DNA of 64,000 nt from an uncultured Nitrospiraceae bacterium (lineage in GTDB: Bacteria > Nitrospirota > Nitrospiria > Nitrospirales > Nitrospiraceae): contig CAVPLT010000007.1 of the NCBI GenBank assembly GCA_963706325.1, forward strand, positions 608,001-672,000, in the 5' to 3' direction. Shown piece after piece: positions 38,721-48,849 of the stretch. Below the pieces are notes generated by a model. The model made no database searches. It was not told the origin of the DNA and saw only the letters and a list, made by a program, of their open reading frames with translations. A program made the translations under genes and the position numbers. Position 1 is the first letter of the stretch; every line of letters begins with the position of its first letter.

Positions 38721-39878
38721 ATGTTATCGTTCCGCATCACACATGAAGAATCCACCGGGTGTGCTCGTGTGGGTCTGTTGACTACCGGGCGCGGTGAGAT
38801 TGCCACGCCAGCCTTTATGCCGGTCGGCTCATTGGGCAATGTGCGAAGCGTTGATGGCGAGGAACTTCTCAAGATGGGCTATGGGCTCATCCTGAATAAT
38901 GCCTACCATCTGTTCTTGCGTCCCGGCCACAAGGTGGTACAAGAGTTGGGCGGGGTGCATGGATTTACCGCCTGGCCCGGCGCCATCCTGACCGATAGTG
39001 GTGGCTTTCAAGTCTTCAGTTTGGCCAAGTTTTGCAAGATCACGGATCAAGGCGTGATCTTTCAATCGCATATCGATGGGTCGTCGCGGTTTATCAGTCC
39101 AGAAACCTCGATTGAGATTCAGGAAGCCTTAGGCGCGGATATCATCATGGCGTTCGATCATGTCGTCGCGCTGCCTTCGTCCTCTGAGCAGGTGCGTGAT
39201 GCCGCCAAACGGACGTCGTTGTGGGCGCGTCGTTGTGTGAGCGCCAGACGGCGCACAGATCAATCACTGTTCGGTATCGTCCAGGGGGGATTAGATCCGG
39301 CGTTGCGGGTAGAGTCGGCGCGCGACTTGGTGTCCGTCGGATTTGATGGATATGCCGTCGGCGGATTATCAGTGGGCGAGGGGAAGGCCGACATGTATGC
39401 CATGTTGGACGTGACAGTGCCCGAGCTGCCATCAACCAAACCCCGCTACCTCATGGGTGTGGGCATGCCTGAGGATCTCGTCGAAGGGGTGGCGCGCGGG
39501 ATTGATATGTTCGACTGTGTCGTCCCCTCCCGTCATGGTCGCACGGGCTGGTTGTTCACATCGTTTGGGCGTGTCGTCATCAAGCAAGCCCGCTATGCGA
39601 GGGATGAACAGCCCATCGACCCGGCCTGCCACTGTCCGGTCTGCACTCGCTATACGCGGGCCTATTTACACCATTTGTTCGGTATCAAGGAAATGTTGGG
39701 CGCTCGTCTGAATACGATTCATAATTTGTGGTTTTTTGCACAGCTGATGCAGGAGATCCGGAGCGCCGTGCGAGGTGGAACGTTTCAAGAGTTTCGGCGC
39801 CAATTTCATCGGACCTACCTTGTTGATCGGCCGGGGGGCGAATGCCGGTTGGATGCCCAGAATATAGACGTTTCTTAA
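38721..39878 (+). CDS. tgt: tRNA-guanine transglycosylase
   Basis: TPAFMPVG, TDSGGFQVFSL, DMFDCV, CHCPVC zinc site. Confidence 0.95.
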   Translation: MLSFRITHEESTGCARVGLLTTGRGEIATPAFMPVGSLGNVRSVDGEELLKMGYGLILNNAYHLFLRPGHKVVQELGGVHGFTAWPGAILTDSGGFQVFSLAKFCKITDQGVIFQSHIDGSSRFISPETSIEIQEALGADIIMAFDHVVALPSSSEQVRDAAKRTSLWARRCVSARRRTDQSLFGIVQGGLDPALRVESARDLVSVGFDGYAVGGLSVGEGKADMYAMLDVTVPELPSTKPRYLMGVGMPEDLVEGVARGIDMFDCVVPSRHGRTGWLFTSFGRVVIKQARYARDEQPIDPACHCPVCTRYTRAYLHHLFGIKEMLGARLNTIHNLWFFAQLMQEIRSAVRGGTFQEFRRQFHRTYLVDRPGGECRLDAQNIDVS

Positions 39879-39901
39879 CGGCGAAATAGGCGAGGGACAT
39901 T

Positions 39902-40222
39902 ATGTGGGATTCGGTGGCATGGGCACAGGGAATATCCGGGGGAACGGGGACAGGGGGTGGCCTCTTGTCATTGGTACCATTTGTTCTGATCTTCGTCATT
40001 TTCTATTTCATGCTGATTCTGCCGCAACAGAAGCGCAAGAAGCAGGCGGATGCCATGATGGCCGCTCTCAAGAAGGGGGATAAGGTGGTCACGGCGTCCG
40101 GGATTTGGGGCAGCATCACGAACATGGGAAAAGACACGGTCACGCTGCAAATTGCGGACAACACGAAAATCAAAATCCAGAAAGAGCATATTGCTCGGCT
40201 GCGCGGTGACGAAGAGGATTGA
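39902..40222 (+). CDS. yajC: Preprotein translocase subunit YajC
   Basis: FYFMLILPQQKR, LKKGDKVVTASGIWG; tgt-yajC-secDF synteny. Confidence 0.95.
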   Translation: MWDSVAWAQGISGGTGTGGGLLSLVPFVLIFVIFYFMLILPQQKRKKQADAMMAALKKGDKVVTASGIWGSITNMGKDTVTLQIADNTKIKIQKEHIARLRGDEED

Positions 40223-40257
40223 CGCACGCGACGGAGACGGGAAGGATTGGCGCACGT

Positions 40258-41907
40258 ATGAAGAAAGTCGGCGGACGGTTGTTGGCCTTAGTGACGATGG
40301 TGATCGCCTCGATCATCTTTTTTTTGCCTTCGTATCAACCCTTGTACAAGGAGCTGCCGAGGTGGGTTCGGGATGTCCTGCCTGATAAGGGCATTACCCT
40401 GGGACTTGATCTGCAAGGGGGAATTCATTTGGTCCTCGAGGTGGAGGAAGATCGCGCCGTGGAAATCGCGGTGGACCGCGCGGCCGCGGGGATACAAGAC
40501 CTGCTGCTCGAAAAGAAGATTCCGGCCGAATCGGTCAAACGTACCGGATCCTCGCGGATTACCATCGGGTTTCAAAATGCCGAGCTGAAGGCGCAAGTCC
40601 AGAAGATGCTGGAAGATTTTCCGACCTATATGGAAGTGGAGCCGGCGGGGTCCGCCAACAGTATCGTGTGGGAATTGCGGGATGCGGAGATCAAGCGCAT
40701 CAAGGATTCCGCCATCAATCAGGCGCTGGAGACGATTCGGAATCGCATTGACCAGTTTGGCGTGGCCGAACCGCTGATCCAACGGCAGGGCTTGAAGCAG
40801 GTCGTGGTGCAGTTACCTGGAATCAAGGATGCCAAGTTGGCCAAGGATCTCATCAAGCAAACCGCGTTGCTCGAATTCAAGCTACTGGATGATGACAATC
40901 AGGCGAAGTTGGACTTGCCTGGTCGGATCCAGAAAGGGAAAGAGCGCGAAGAGGCGCTTTTGAAGCAAGTAGAAGGGAAGATGCCGGAAGGCGACCAGAT
41001 TCTTTTCGAGAGGATCGTGGAAAAAGACAGCGGACAGGAATGGCTCGCGCCCTATCTGGTGAAGAAGCGAGTCATGCTGGCCGGCGATGTGTTGAGCGAT
41101 GCCCGGGTGTCCATCGGCCAATTCAACGAGCCCTACGTGTCGGTGACGTTCGACGCGAAGGGGGCAAGGGAATTCGACCGGATCACAGGCGAGAACGTCA
41201 AGAAGCGCATGGCCATCGTGCTCGACAATACCATCTATTCGGCGCCGGTCATTCAGGAGCGAATCAGTGGAGGAAGGGCTCAAATCACCGGGACGTTTTC
41301 GATGGAAGAAGCGAACAATCTAGCGATTGTTCTTCGGGCCGGCGCCTTGCCGGCACCGCTGAAGATCATTCAGGATCTGACCGTCGGCCCATCGCTCGGG
41401 CGAGATTCGATCGAGAAGGGGGTGAAGGCGACCCTCTTCGCGGGGCTTCTCGTGATCGTGTTTATGGCAATCTATTACCGATTGTCTGGCGTGATCGCGA
41501 ATTTTGCGCTGATGCTGAATCTGATCTGCCTGATCGGGTTCCTCGCGGCCTTGAATGCCACGCTGACGTTGCCCGGTATTGCCGGCATTATTCTGACGAT
41601 CGGCATGGGAGTCGACTCAAACGTCTTGATCTTCGAGCGTATCCGTGAAGAGCTGCGGCTGGGAAAACCGGTTCGGTTGGCCATTGATGCGGGGTACGAT
41701 AAGGCCTTTTTGACCATTGTCGACTCGCACGTCACGACGTTGATCACCGGGTTCGCGTTGTTTCTGTTCGGAACCGGGCCGATCAAAGGCTTTGCTGTCA
41801 CCTTGTGCCTCGGCATCGCGATCAATCTTTTCACGGCGCTGGTCGGGACCAAGGTGGTCTTCGATCTGCTGAATCAGCGAAAGAAAATTGAGCAGCTCAG
41901 TATCTAG
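40258..41907 (+). CDS. secD: Protein translocase subunit SecD
   Basis: LGLDLQGG, RNRIDQFGV, VDSNVLIFERIREE. Confidence 0.96.
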   Translation: MKKVGGRLLALVTMVIASIIFFLPSYQPLYKELPRWVRDVLPDKGITLGLDLQGGIHLVLEVEEDRAVEIAVDRAAAGIQDLLLEKKIPAESVKRTGSSRITIGFQNAELKAQVQKMLEDFPTYMEVEPAGSANSIVWELRDAEIKRIKDSAINQALETIRNRIDQFGVAEPLIQRQGLKQVVVQLPGIKDAKLAKDLIKQTALLEFKLLDDDNQAKLDLPGRIQKGKEREEALLKQVEGKMPEGDQILFERIVEKDSGQEWLAPYLVKKRVMLAGDVLSDARVSIGQFNEPYVSVTFDAKGAREFDRITGENVKKRMAIVLDNTIYSAPVIQERISGGRAQITGTFSMEEANNLAIVLRAGALPAPLKIIQDLTVGPSLGRDSIEKGVKATLFAGLLVIVFMAIYYRLSGVIANFALMLNLICLIGFLAALNATLTLPGIAGIILTIGMGVDSNVLIFERIREELRLGKPVRLAIDAGYDKAFLTIVDSHVTTLITGFALFLFGTGPIKGFAVTLCLGIAINLFTALVGTKVVFDLLNQRKKIEQLSI

Positions 41908-41920
41908 GAAGGGAGCCGGC

Positions 41921-42838
41921 ATGTTCGAGATTTTGGGGAAGACAAATATCGATTTTATGGGAAAGCGGGCGATCTCGTTTACGCTCTCCGGCATCCTCGC
42001 GTTTCTGGGCATCATTGCAGTAATTCAAATCGCGCGCGGCGCGGCAAATTTGGGAATTGATTTTGCCGGTGGGACGGCGGTGCAACTGAAATTCGATCAA
42101 GCCATAAAGATCGATGAGGCGCGGCACGCATTAGAAGCGAATGGCCTGGGGTCGGCTGAATTGCAGGAATTTACGCAGGACAACAAGCTGCTCATCCGCG
42201 TGAAAGCATCGACGGCGATCGAAGAGAAGATCGCCGAACGGGTGATGGCGGTGTTCAGTAAGGAATTTCCCGGCAACAAGTTTGTGGTCGACTCCAGCAT
42301 GGAAATTGGTCCGACTATCGGAAAGAAGCTCCAGGAAGATGCGCTGATCGCGGTGCTCATTTCATTTGTGGGCATCGTCCTCTACATCGCGGTACGCTTT
42401 GAGTTGCGGTTCGGGATGGCGGCAGCCCTGGCGACGTTCCATGACGTGTTGGCTGTGCTCGGAGTGTTCTATTTGTTGGACAAAGAGATCACCTTGCTGG
42501 TGGTCACGGCCTTGCTGACGTTGGCGGGGTATTCACTCACTGATACGGTGGTGGTATTTGACCGTATCCGTGAGAATCTGCGAACGCGCCGGCGGGAGGA
42601 TGAGGAGACGATCATTAATACGGCTATCAACCAAGTGCTCAGCCGAACCATCGTCACCAGCTTGACCGTGGTCATCGTGCTGATCCCATTAGTGATTGCG
42701 GGTGCCGAGGTCTTGCACGATTTCTCGCTGGCTTTGCTCGGAGGCGTCATGTTCGGGACCTATTCGTCAGTGTTTGTGGCAAGCCCGTTGCTGTTGCTAT
42801 GGCCCAGCAGCGCCGGGGGCCTCATGAAGCGTCGCTAG
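41921..42838 (+). CDS. secF: Protein translocase subunit SecF
   Basis: GIDFAGG, HDV, GYSLTDTVVVFDRIRE. Confidence 0.96.
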   Translation: MFEILGKTNIDFMGKRAISFTLSGILAFLGIIAVIQIARGAANLGIDFAGGTAVQLKFDQAIKIDEARHALEANGLGSAELQEFTQDNKLLIRVKASTAIEEKIAERVMAVFSKEFPGNKFVVDSSMEIGPTIGKKLQEDALIAVLISFVGIVLYIAVRFELRFGMAAALATFHDVLAVLGVFYLLDKEITLLVVTALLTLAGYSLTDTVVVFDRIRENLRTRRREDEETIINTAINQVLSRTIVTSLTVVIVLIPLVIAGAEVLHDFSLALLGGVMFGTYSSVFVASPLLLLWPSSAGGLMKRR

Positions 42839-42895
42839 GCGTCGGCCTGTTCGGGTCGAAGCCCAAGCCCCACACAGGTGATTTGAGAGGGCTGT

Positions 42896-45800
42896 TTGTC
42901 GGGGCAAATCATACCCATGCTGTTCTGGAGCCGGTCTCACAGTCTCCAGCGTAAAATCATCGCGGCCATCGTGATGGTCGGTCTCCTACCGCTCTGCCTC
43001 TCCCTGATCATGACTTACATCGAAGAGCGCCGGGCGCTGCGAGAAACAATCGGCGCCAATTTTAAAGAGGTGGCCGTCGAAGCCGCCCGACGCATCGAAA
43101 TGCAGGTGACGCGTGGTATCAATGAGGCGCAGCAACTAGCCGCGACGCCCTTCCTTCGCACATCCGTGACCGAATCGAACCGCACTTACGTGGACAAGGA
43201 TGAGAAGGCCATCCAATCCATCATCAAAGCCTGGCAGAAGCGGTGGCGGCAACGGGACAAACAGAGCGAATTTCCGCTGTTCATCAATCGTATCGTCACG
43301 AATTATTTGATTCGATGGCATGACATCCGCAAAGACGACTATGTCGGGATTTTCGTCACCGACAACCGCGGCGCCCTTGTTGTGAGCTCCATTCCGCAGG
43401 TCGAGTATTATTATGGCAAGACCTCCTGGTGGCAGGCCGTCATGAAAGGCGGAATCGGCGCAGTTTTTGTCAGTGACCTGTTCTTCGACCCCGCCTTTGG
43501 GACTCATGTGCTCAATGTGTCCGTGCCGATCCTTGACGATGAGCAGCATGTGGCGATCGGCGCGATCACGATCCTGTTGCGTCGAGATACGTTGTTCCAT
43601 TCGGTATCGGAAGTCACGGTGGGGCAAACGGGCCACGCAATGTTATTCAATTCAGACGGCGTTCCATTGATCTGTCCGGTTCTGTCTCCCGAAGAACATG
43701 CGGTCACGCCTGAGCTGTTGAGCGCCATCAATGCGAGCCATGCCGGCTGGAGTATCGTGGCCAACGATTCACACGGTGGACAAAACTCGATCGTAGGATT
43801 TGCGCCGGTTCGTTTAGGCGATCATCTTACATCGGGCAGTTTGGGAAGTACGCGATGGGTGACGTTCGTACGGCAGGACCCTCACGAGTCCTATGCGCCC
43901 TTGTTGCGGCTTGTCGTTCAGGTGACGGTCTACGGGTTGGGTGTGCTGGGTGTCCTCATGCTGACAGGACTGGCTGTCGCGCGTCGGATCGCCCGCCCGA
44001 TTCGTCTGCTCCAGGAAGGGGTCCAGAGAATTGGTAGCGGTCGGTTGGATCAGCAACTGAATCTTAAGACCGGCGACGAAATCGAGCAATTGGCCGACGC
44101 CTTCAACAATATGGCAATCAATTTGCGTGCGTCATTTGAACAGATTGAGCACCGGATGGAAGATGTCCGCCGATTGGAGGCACGTTACCGCGATCTGATC
44201 GAGCATTCTCCGGAAATGATCTATCAGCTGAACAAGGCCGGACAGTTTGTGCATGTGAACAAAACCGGTCTGGACAAGCTGGGGTATTCGCTGGAAGAGA
44301 TGCTGCAGATGCGGCTCTGGGATCTCGTTCCGAAAGGGCGCGAAACAGAGGTGTTGGGCTATCTGGAGCGCCTGGTTGCGCAGGGACGCAGTACGATTGA
44401 GACGGTGTTTGTTGCAGGAGACGGCCATCCGATCGATGTGGAAATTCATGCGACAGCGCTTTTCGAAAGCGGCGGGGGCCTCGTGCACTCCCGCGCGTTC
44501 GTGCGCGATGTGACGGAACGGCGTCTGCTGGAACAGCAAATCCAGCAGTACACGACTCAGCTCGAACAAGCGGTCAATGAGCGCACACAGCAACTGGTGG
44601 TTTCGCAAGCGCGCTATAAGGCGCTATTCGACTTAGTTGCGGACTCTGTGTTTATGGTGGGCGAAGACGGCCTGATTGTGGCGGTGAATAAGCGGGAAGA
44701 GCAGGCGTTGGGATATTCCGAGCAGCAGGTTGTGGGGAGCAGTATCCTCAATGTGATTGAACCGGTCCACCATGACGCCATGAGATTGATGCTGGAAAAG
44801 ATTCGTGCAGGCGAGTGCCAGGTGCCGACCCAGGAAATGACGGTACGGGACGCCACCGGTAAGGAGACGCCGGTGGAAATGGACCTCATATTGGTGCGCG
44901 GCAGCGACCACACGTGGGTCATGGTTCAGCTTCGTGATATCACCGATCGCAAGCGCCTTGAACGGCAGATGCATACCTATCAGCAGGAGCTGGAAGCGAA
45001 GGTTGCAGAGCGGACTCGCGAGATCGAGGAGACGAAACAATATCTTGAAAACTTGTTAGAAAATGCGAACGACGTCATTTACACGCTCGACAGCGAGCAG
45101 TGTTTTACCTACGTCAACAGCAAGGTCCTGGCGTGGGGCTATGCGAAAGAAGATTTGCTGGGACGGCCGTATTTGGCATTGTTGTCGAAGCGGCATCGGG
45201 GCCGCCGTTTGAAATCGACCTTAGACATCGGCGTTAAACAAGTCTATGAGGTCGAAGTGCTGACCAAGACGGGCGAGCCCCGGTCTGTGATGGTCAGTGT
45301 TTCACCCTTGCATGGTGCCGAGGAAGAGATATTGGGTGTCCTCGGCATCGCGCGTGATATGACGGATACCAAAAAACTGGAACAGCAAATCAGGAACTCC
45401 GAGAAGCTGGCATCAGTGGGAAAACTTGCCGCGGGGGTCGCACATGAGATCAACAATCCACTGGGCGGCATTTTGAACTGCCTGTACAACATGCGAAAGG
45501 GGACCCTCTCGCCCTCTCGGCAGGAGGAGTACTTGGTATCGATGGAGGACGGTTTGAGGCGTGTGCAAAAGATCGTTCGGCAGCTTCTCGACTTTTCGCA
45601 ACAGCACAATCCGGAGTTGGCGCTCGCCGATATCCACCAGGTGATCAAGCAGGTATTGCTGCTGACGGAACACCTGTTGGTGTCCCACCATGTTCGTCTG
45701 GAAACTGCATTGGCCAATGAAGTGCCGGAAATCATGATCGATCGTCATATGATCGAGCAGGTTCTGATGAATCTCATTTTGAATGCCATTCAGGCCATGC

Positions 45801-46093
45801 GGGCCGGCGGGGTACTGGCCATTCGTACCACGGTAGAGAGCGCCAATTGCCTCGTCCACATTCGGGATTCCGGCTGCGGGATTTCCCCGTCAGTGCTTCC
45901 ACGGATCTTCGATCCGTTTTTCACGACGAAGAACGAAGGTGAGGGCACCGGGCTTGGCCTGTCGGTAAGTTTAGGCATTGTGGAACGGCATGGGGGAAAG
46001 ATTTTGGTCGAGAGCGAAGTCGGGAAAGGCACAACATTTACTGTCTCCATTCCGCTCGCGATCGCTCGCTACGCCGGTGGGAGGTTTTCGTGA
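42896..46093 (+). CDS. Sensor histidine kinase (periplasmic Cache-like, HAMP, 3 PAS, HisKA, HATPase)
   Basis: Two TMs; DEIEQLADAFN; three PAS ending RDVTER/RDITDR/RDMTD; AHEINNPL; GTGLGL. Confidence 0.92.
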   Translation: MSGQIIPMLFWSRSHSLQRKIIAAIVMVGLLPLCLSLIMTYIEERRALRETIGANFKEVAVEAARRIEMQVTRGINEAQQLAATPFLRTSVTESNRTYVDKDEKAIQSIIKAWQKRWRQRDKQSEFPLFINRIVTNYLIRWHDIRKDDYVGIFVTDNRGALVVSSIPQVEYYYGKTSWWQAVMKGGIGAVFVSDLFFDPAFGTHVLNVSVPILDDEQHVAIGAITILLRRDTLFHSVSEVTVGQTGHAMLFNSDGVPLICPVLSPEEHAVTPELLSAINASHAGWSIVANDSHGGQNSIVGFAPVRLGDHLTSGSLGSTRWVTFVRQDPHESYAPLLRLVVQVTVYGLGVLGVLMLTGLAVARRIARPIRLLQEGVQRIGSGRLDQQLNLKTGDEIEQLADAFNNMAINLRASFEQIEHRMEDVRRLEARYRDLIEHSPEMIYQLNKAGQFVHVNKTGLDKLGYSLEEMLQMRLWDLVPKGRETEVLGYLERLVAQGRSTIETVFVAGDGHPIDVEIHATALFESGGGLVHSRAFVRDVTERRLLEQQIQQYTTQLEQAVNERTQQLVVSQARYKALFDLVADSVFMVGEDGLIVAVNKREEQALGYSEQQVVGSSILNVIEPVHHDAMRLMLEKIRAGECQVPTQEMTVRDATGKETPVEMDLILVRGSDHTWVMVQLRDITDRKRLERQMHTYQQELEAKVAERTREIEETKQYLENLLENANDVIYTLDSEQCFTYVNSKVLAWGYAKEDLLGRPYLALLSKRHRGRRLKSTLDIGVKQVYEVEVLTKTGEPRSVMVSVSPLHGAEEEILGVLGIARDMTDTKKLEQQIRNSEKLASVGKLAAGVAHEINNPLGGILNCLYNMRKGTLSPSRQEEYLVSMEDGLRRVQKIVRQLLDFSQQHNPELALADIHQVIKQVLLLTEHLLVSHHVRLETALANEVPEIMIDRHMIEQVLMNLILNAIQAMRAGGVLAIRTTVESANCLVHIRDSGCGISPSVLPRIFDPFFTTKNEGEGTGLGLSVSLGIVERHGGKILVESEVGKGTTFTVSIPLAIARYAGGRFS

Positions 46094-47541
46094 GGGGCCT
46101 CAAGGTACTCATTGTTGACGACGAACCGTTGATGAGACTGTCGATGCTGGATGCCTTGGAAGCCGTTGGGTGCGAGGTGACGGCAGCGGCGACCGGAACA
46201 GAGGGATTGGTGATCCTTGGCACACGGCAATTTGATATCGTGATCACCGATTTACGTCTCCCCGGGGCGGATGGGCTTACAATTTTGAGGGCATCCAAAG
46301 AACGAAGTCCCACGACCGAGGTGATCTTGATTACCGCGCATGGGTCGGTCGATACGGCCGTCGGCGCAATCAATTTGGGCGCATACGATTATATTACCAA
46401 ACCTTTTCAGATGGACGAGTTGCTGCTGATCGTCGAGCGCGTCGGGAAAATTATCGGGCTACGACGTGAAAACATTGAGTTGAAAGAGGTGCTGGAGGGC
46501 CGCTTTAGCTTCAGTGGGATACACGGTTGCAGCCACCACATGCGAGGGCTGTTGGAACGGATCAAGCTGCTTGCGGCCACCGATTCACCAGTGTCAATCA
46601 TTGGGGAGCGTGGGACGGGCAAAGAATTGGTAGCCCATGCCATCCATTTGAATAGTCCGCGACGAAATCAGCCCTTGATTAAGGTCTGTTGTGCAGACCT
46701 TCCCGAAGACCTGATGGAGTCTGAACTCTTTGGCCATGAGAAGGGAGCCATCTCGTCGGCGGTGCGGCAACGGCGAGGGCGGTTCGAACTGGCACACAAG
46801 GGCACATTGCTTCTTGACGATATCGGCTCACTGTCTCTCGCGCTTCAAGCGAAAATTGTGCGTCTGGTTCAGGAAAAGCGGTTCCAGCGTGTCGGTGGTC
46901 GCGAAACGATTGACGTCGATGTTCGAATCATTTCTGCCGCTCAAGAAGATCACCAAGTTGCGGTGACCACGGGACGGTTTCGCCGGGACCTTTACGACTA
47001 TCTCACGGCCGTGCAACTCACCGTCCCGCCTCTGCGTGAGCGGCGAGAGGACGTGTTAATTATCGCCGACCACGTCCTGGAAAATCAGTCGGCGAACCTT
47101 GGCAAGGGGTTAAAGGGGTTCGCTCAGCCCAGTCGCGAGCTGCTTCTGCATTACTCTTTCCCTGGAAATGTGGGTGAGTTGGAGCAAATGGTCGAGCGTG
47201 CGGTTGCCTTGGGGCAAGAAGGGGAGGCGCTGCAACCCTGGAATCTTTGCGGGTTTCAAACCTGCCCCTATCTCGGCGGGTCGCCTCAGGCGGGGTGTGG
47301 TTTCTGTGCTGAGGGACTCTCTGCGGAGACCAAGAAATCATCCGTGGCCGCACAGGTGACCCTGGCGACAGCACGGGAAGCATTTGAGCGAAACTATATT
47401 CTCGAGGTGTTGAAGCAAGTGGAGGGTAATCGCACCAAGGCCGCCAATGTACTGGGCCTGTCCAGAAAAGCCTTATGGGACAAGTGCAAACGGTACGGTC
47501 TCTCCTCTCCCCGAGGCGAGGCGGAGGAGGATGACGAGTAG
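46090..47541 (+). CDS. NtrC-family response regulator with degenerate AAA+ domain
   Basis: Intact receiver (DD, D, T, K); GERGTGKE; ESELFGHEKGAISSA; Fis-type HTH. Confidence 0.9.
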   Translation: MRGLKVLIVDDEPLMRLSMLDALEAVGCEVTAAATGTEGLVILGTRQFDIVITDLRLPGADGLTILRASKERSPTTEVILITAHGSVDTAVGAINLGAYDYITKPFQMDELLLIVERVGKIIGLRRENIELKEVLEGRFSFSGIHGCSHHMRGLLERIKLLAATDSPVSIIGERGTGKELVAHAIHLNSPRRNQPLIKVCCADLPEDLMESELFGHEKGAISSAVRQRRGRFELAHKGTLLLDDIGSLSLALQAKIVRLVQEKRFQRVGGRETIDVDVRIISAAQEDHQVAVTTGRFRRDLYDYLTAVQLTVPPLRERREDVLIIADHVLENQSANLGKGLKGFAQPSRELLLHYSFPGNVGELEQMVERAVALGQEGEALQPWNLCGFQTCPYLGGSPQAGCGFCAEGLSAETKKSSVAAQVTLATAREAFERNYILEVLKQVEGNRTKAANVLGLSRKALWDKCKRYGLSSPRGEAEEDDE

Positions 47542-47542
47542 G

Positions 47543-48655
47543 TTATTCCGCCGGTTCTTGCCCGCCTTCCCACAGCTTCACGGTTCGATCCCAAGAGGCG
47601 CTGGCTAAGCGTAATCCGTCAGGTGAGAACGCAATACCGCGAACGGCGCCGGAATGGCTCTTATCGGTTCGAAAGTTGCGGCCCGTGGCAATGTCCCAGA
47701 ACCGGATTGTGCTGTCGTCACCGGCGCTCACGAGCACTTTTCCGTCCGGTGAGACAGCCAATGATCGTACCCAGCCGCCATGCGCCCGCAGAACGCGAAT
47801 TTCGTTCATGGTCGGCATTTCGAAGAAACGGATCGTATTGTCCCGGCTCCCGGTGATCAAGATTTTTGCGTCCGGCGTGAATACCATCGCGCCGATCCAA
47901 AACTCCATGGGTTTCTGGAATCCTCCATCGTCTTCGATGAAGAACCCGCGGGTTTCCGTCGAGTCTTCGGCGGTTTCTTCCCAATGACCGTTGTGCAGAA
48001 TTTTTTCTTCGCCGCTTGGCAATACTTCCCAAATTCTGATCTTGCCGATGTCGGACCCGCTGGCGAGATGCATGCCGTCAGGGGAGAATGCCACACAGAC
48101 CGACCAGTGGTGATCGTATTGATCTTTTCCCAGCAAAGTCATGAGGTCGGTTCCCGTCGTGACTTCCCAGATCTTAATATCCTTATTGTGACTGCCGCGG
48201 GCTAGCATGAGGCCGTCTGGGGAGAGGGAGAGGCTGCAGACATTGTGGTCATAACGTGTGAACAAGAGTTTCGTCGGTTCCCCGGTTTTCGGATTCCAGA
48301 GGCGGATGGTCCGATCCTCACTCCCGGAGGCGAGCGCCCGACCGTCCGGCATGAAGACCAGGGCTCGGATGTCAGCCGTATGGCCACGCAACGAACGCAG
48401 GAGCCGTCCCGTTTCAATATCCCAGAGGCGGACATATCGATCGACGCCTCCGCTGGCAAGGGTTTGGCCGTCGGGAGCATAGGCCACAGTCCACACCCCA
48501 TGGGAATGCCCTCGAAACGTCTTGAGTTCCCGCAGACCCGCCTTCCAATATTCTAAATGATCGATGGTTGGCGCCGTGGTCGATGAAGATCCTCCCTGGC
48601 TAGGCAACGGTCCTGCGGAAGGAGTCGTGGGGGGCGCGGTGATGTGATTGCTCAT
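47543..48655 (-). CDS. WD40-repeat protein
   Basis: Seven GH...W(D) repeats (e.g. LASGSEDRTIRLW). Confidence 0.9.
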   Translation of the reverse strand: MSNHITAPPTTPSAGPLPSQGGSSSTTAPTIDHLEYWKAGLRELKTFRGHSHGVWTVAYAPDGQTLASGGVDRYVRLWDIETGRLLRSLRGHTADIRALVFMPDGRALASGSEDRTIRLWNPKTGEPTKLLFTRYDHNVCSLSLSPDGLMLARGSHNKDIKIWEVTTGTDLMTLLGKDQYDHHWSVCVAFSPDGMHLASGSDIGKIRIWEVLPSGEEKILHNGHWEETAEDSTETRGFFIEDDGGFQKPMEFWIGAMVFTPDAKILITGSRDNTIRFFEMPTMNEIRVLRAHGGWVRSLAVSPDGKVLVSAGDDSTIRFWDIATGRNFRTDKSHSGAVRGIAFSPDGLRLASASWDRTVKLWEGGQEPAE

Positions 48656-48716
48656 AAAGCCTGTGCCTCGTCTCTGGTCTGAGCGGGGCTACCGGCCCCT
48701 GCTTACCCTCAACGGT

Positions 48717-48746
48717 TTGCAAAAATCGCCAAGGGGTTTGTATAAT
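48717..48746 (+). promoter_or_regulatory. Putative sigma70 promoter
   Basis: TTGCAA-18bp-TATAAT. Confidence 0.55.
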
Positions 48747-48849
48747 CGGCGGTCGTTTTCGATGATCGTAAGAGAAGGACCGGGAGCAAGTCAAGCGCAG
48801 TGCTCGCGCGCGTTCTTCCCCTTCAGTGAACCAGAACATGTGAGGTCTT

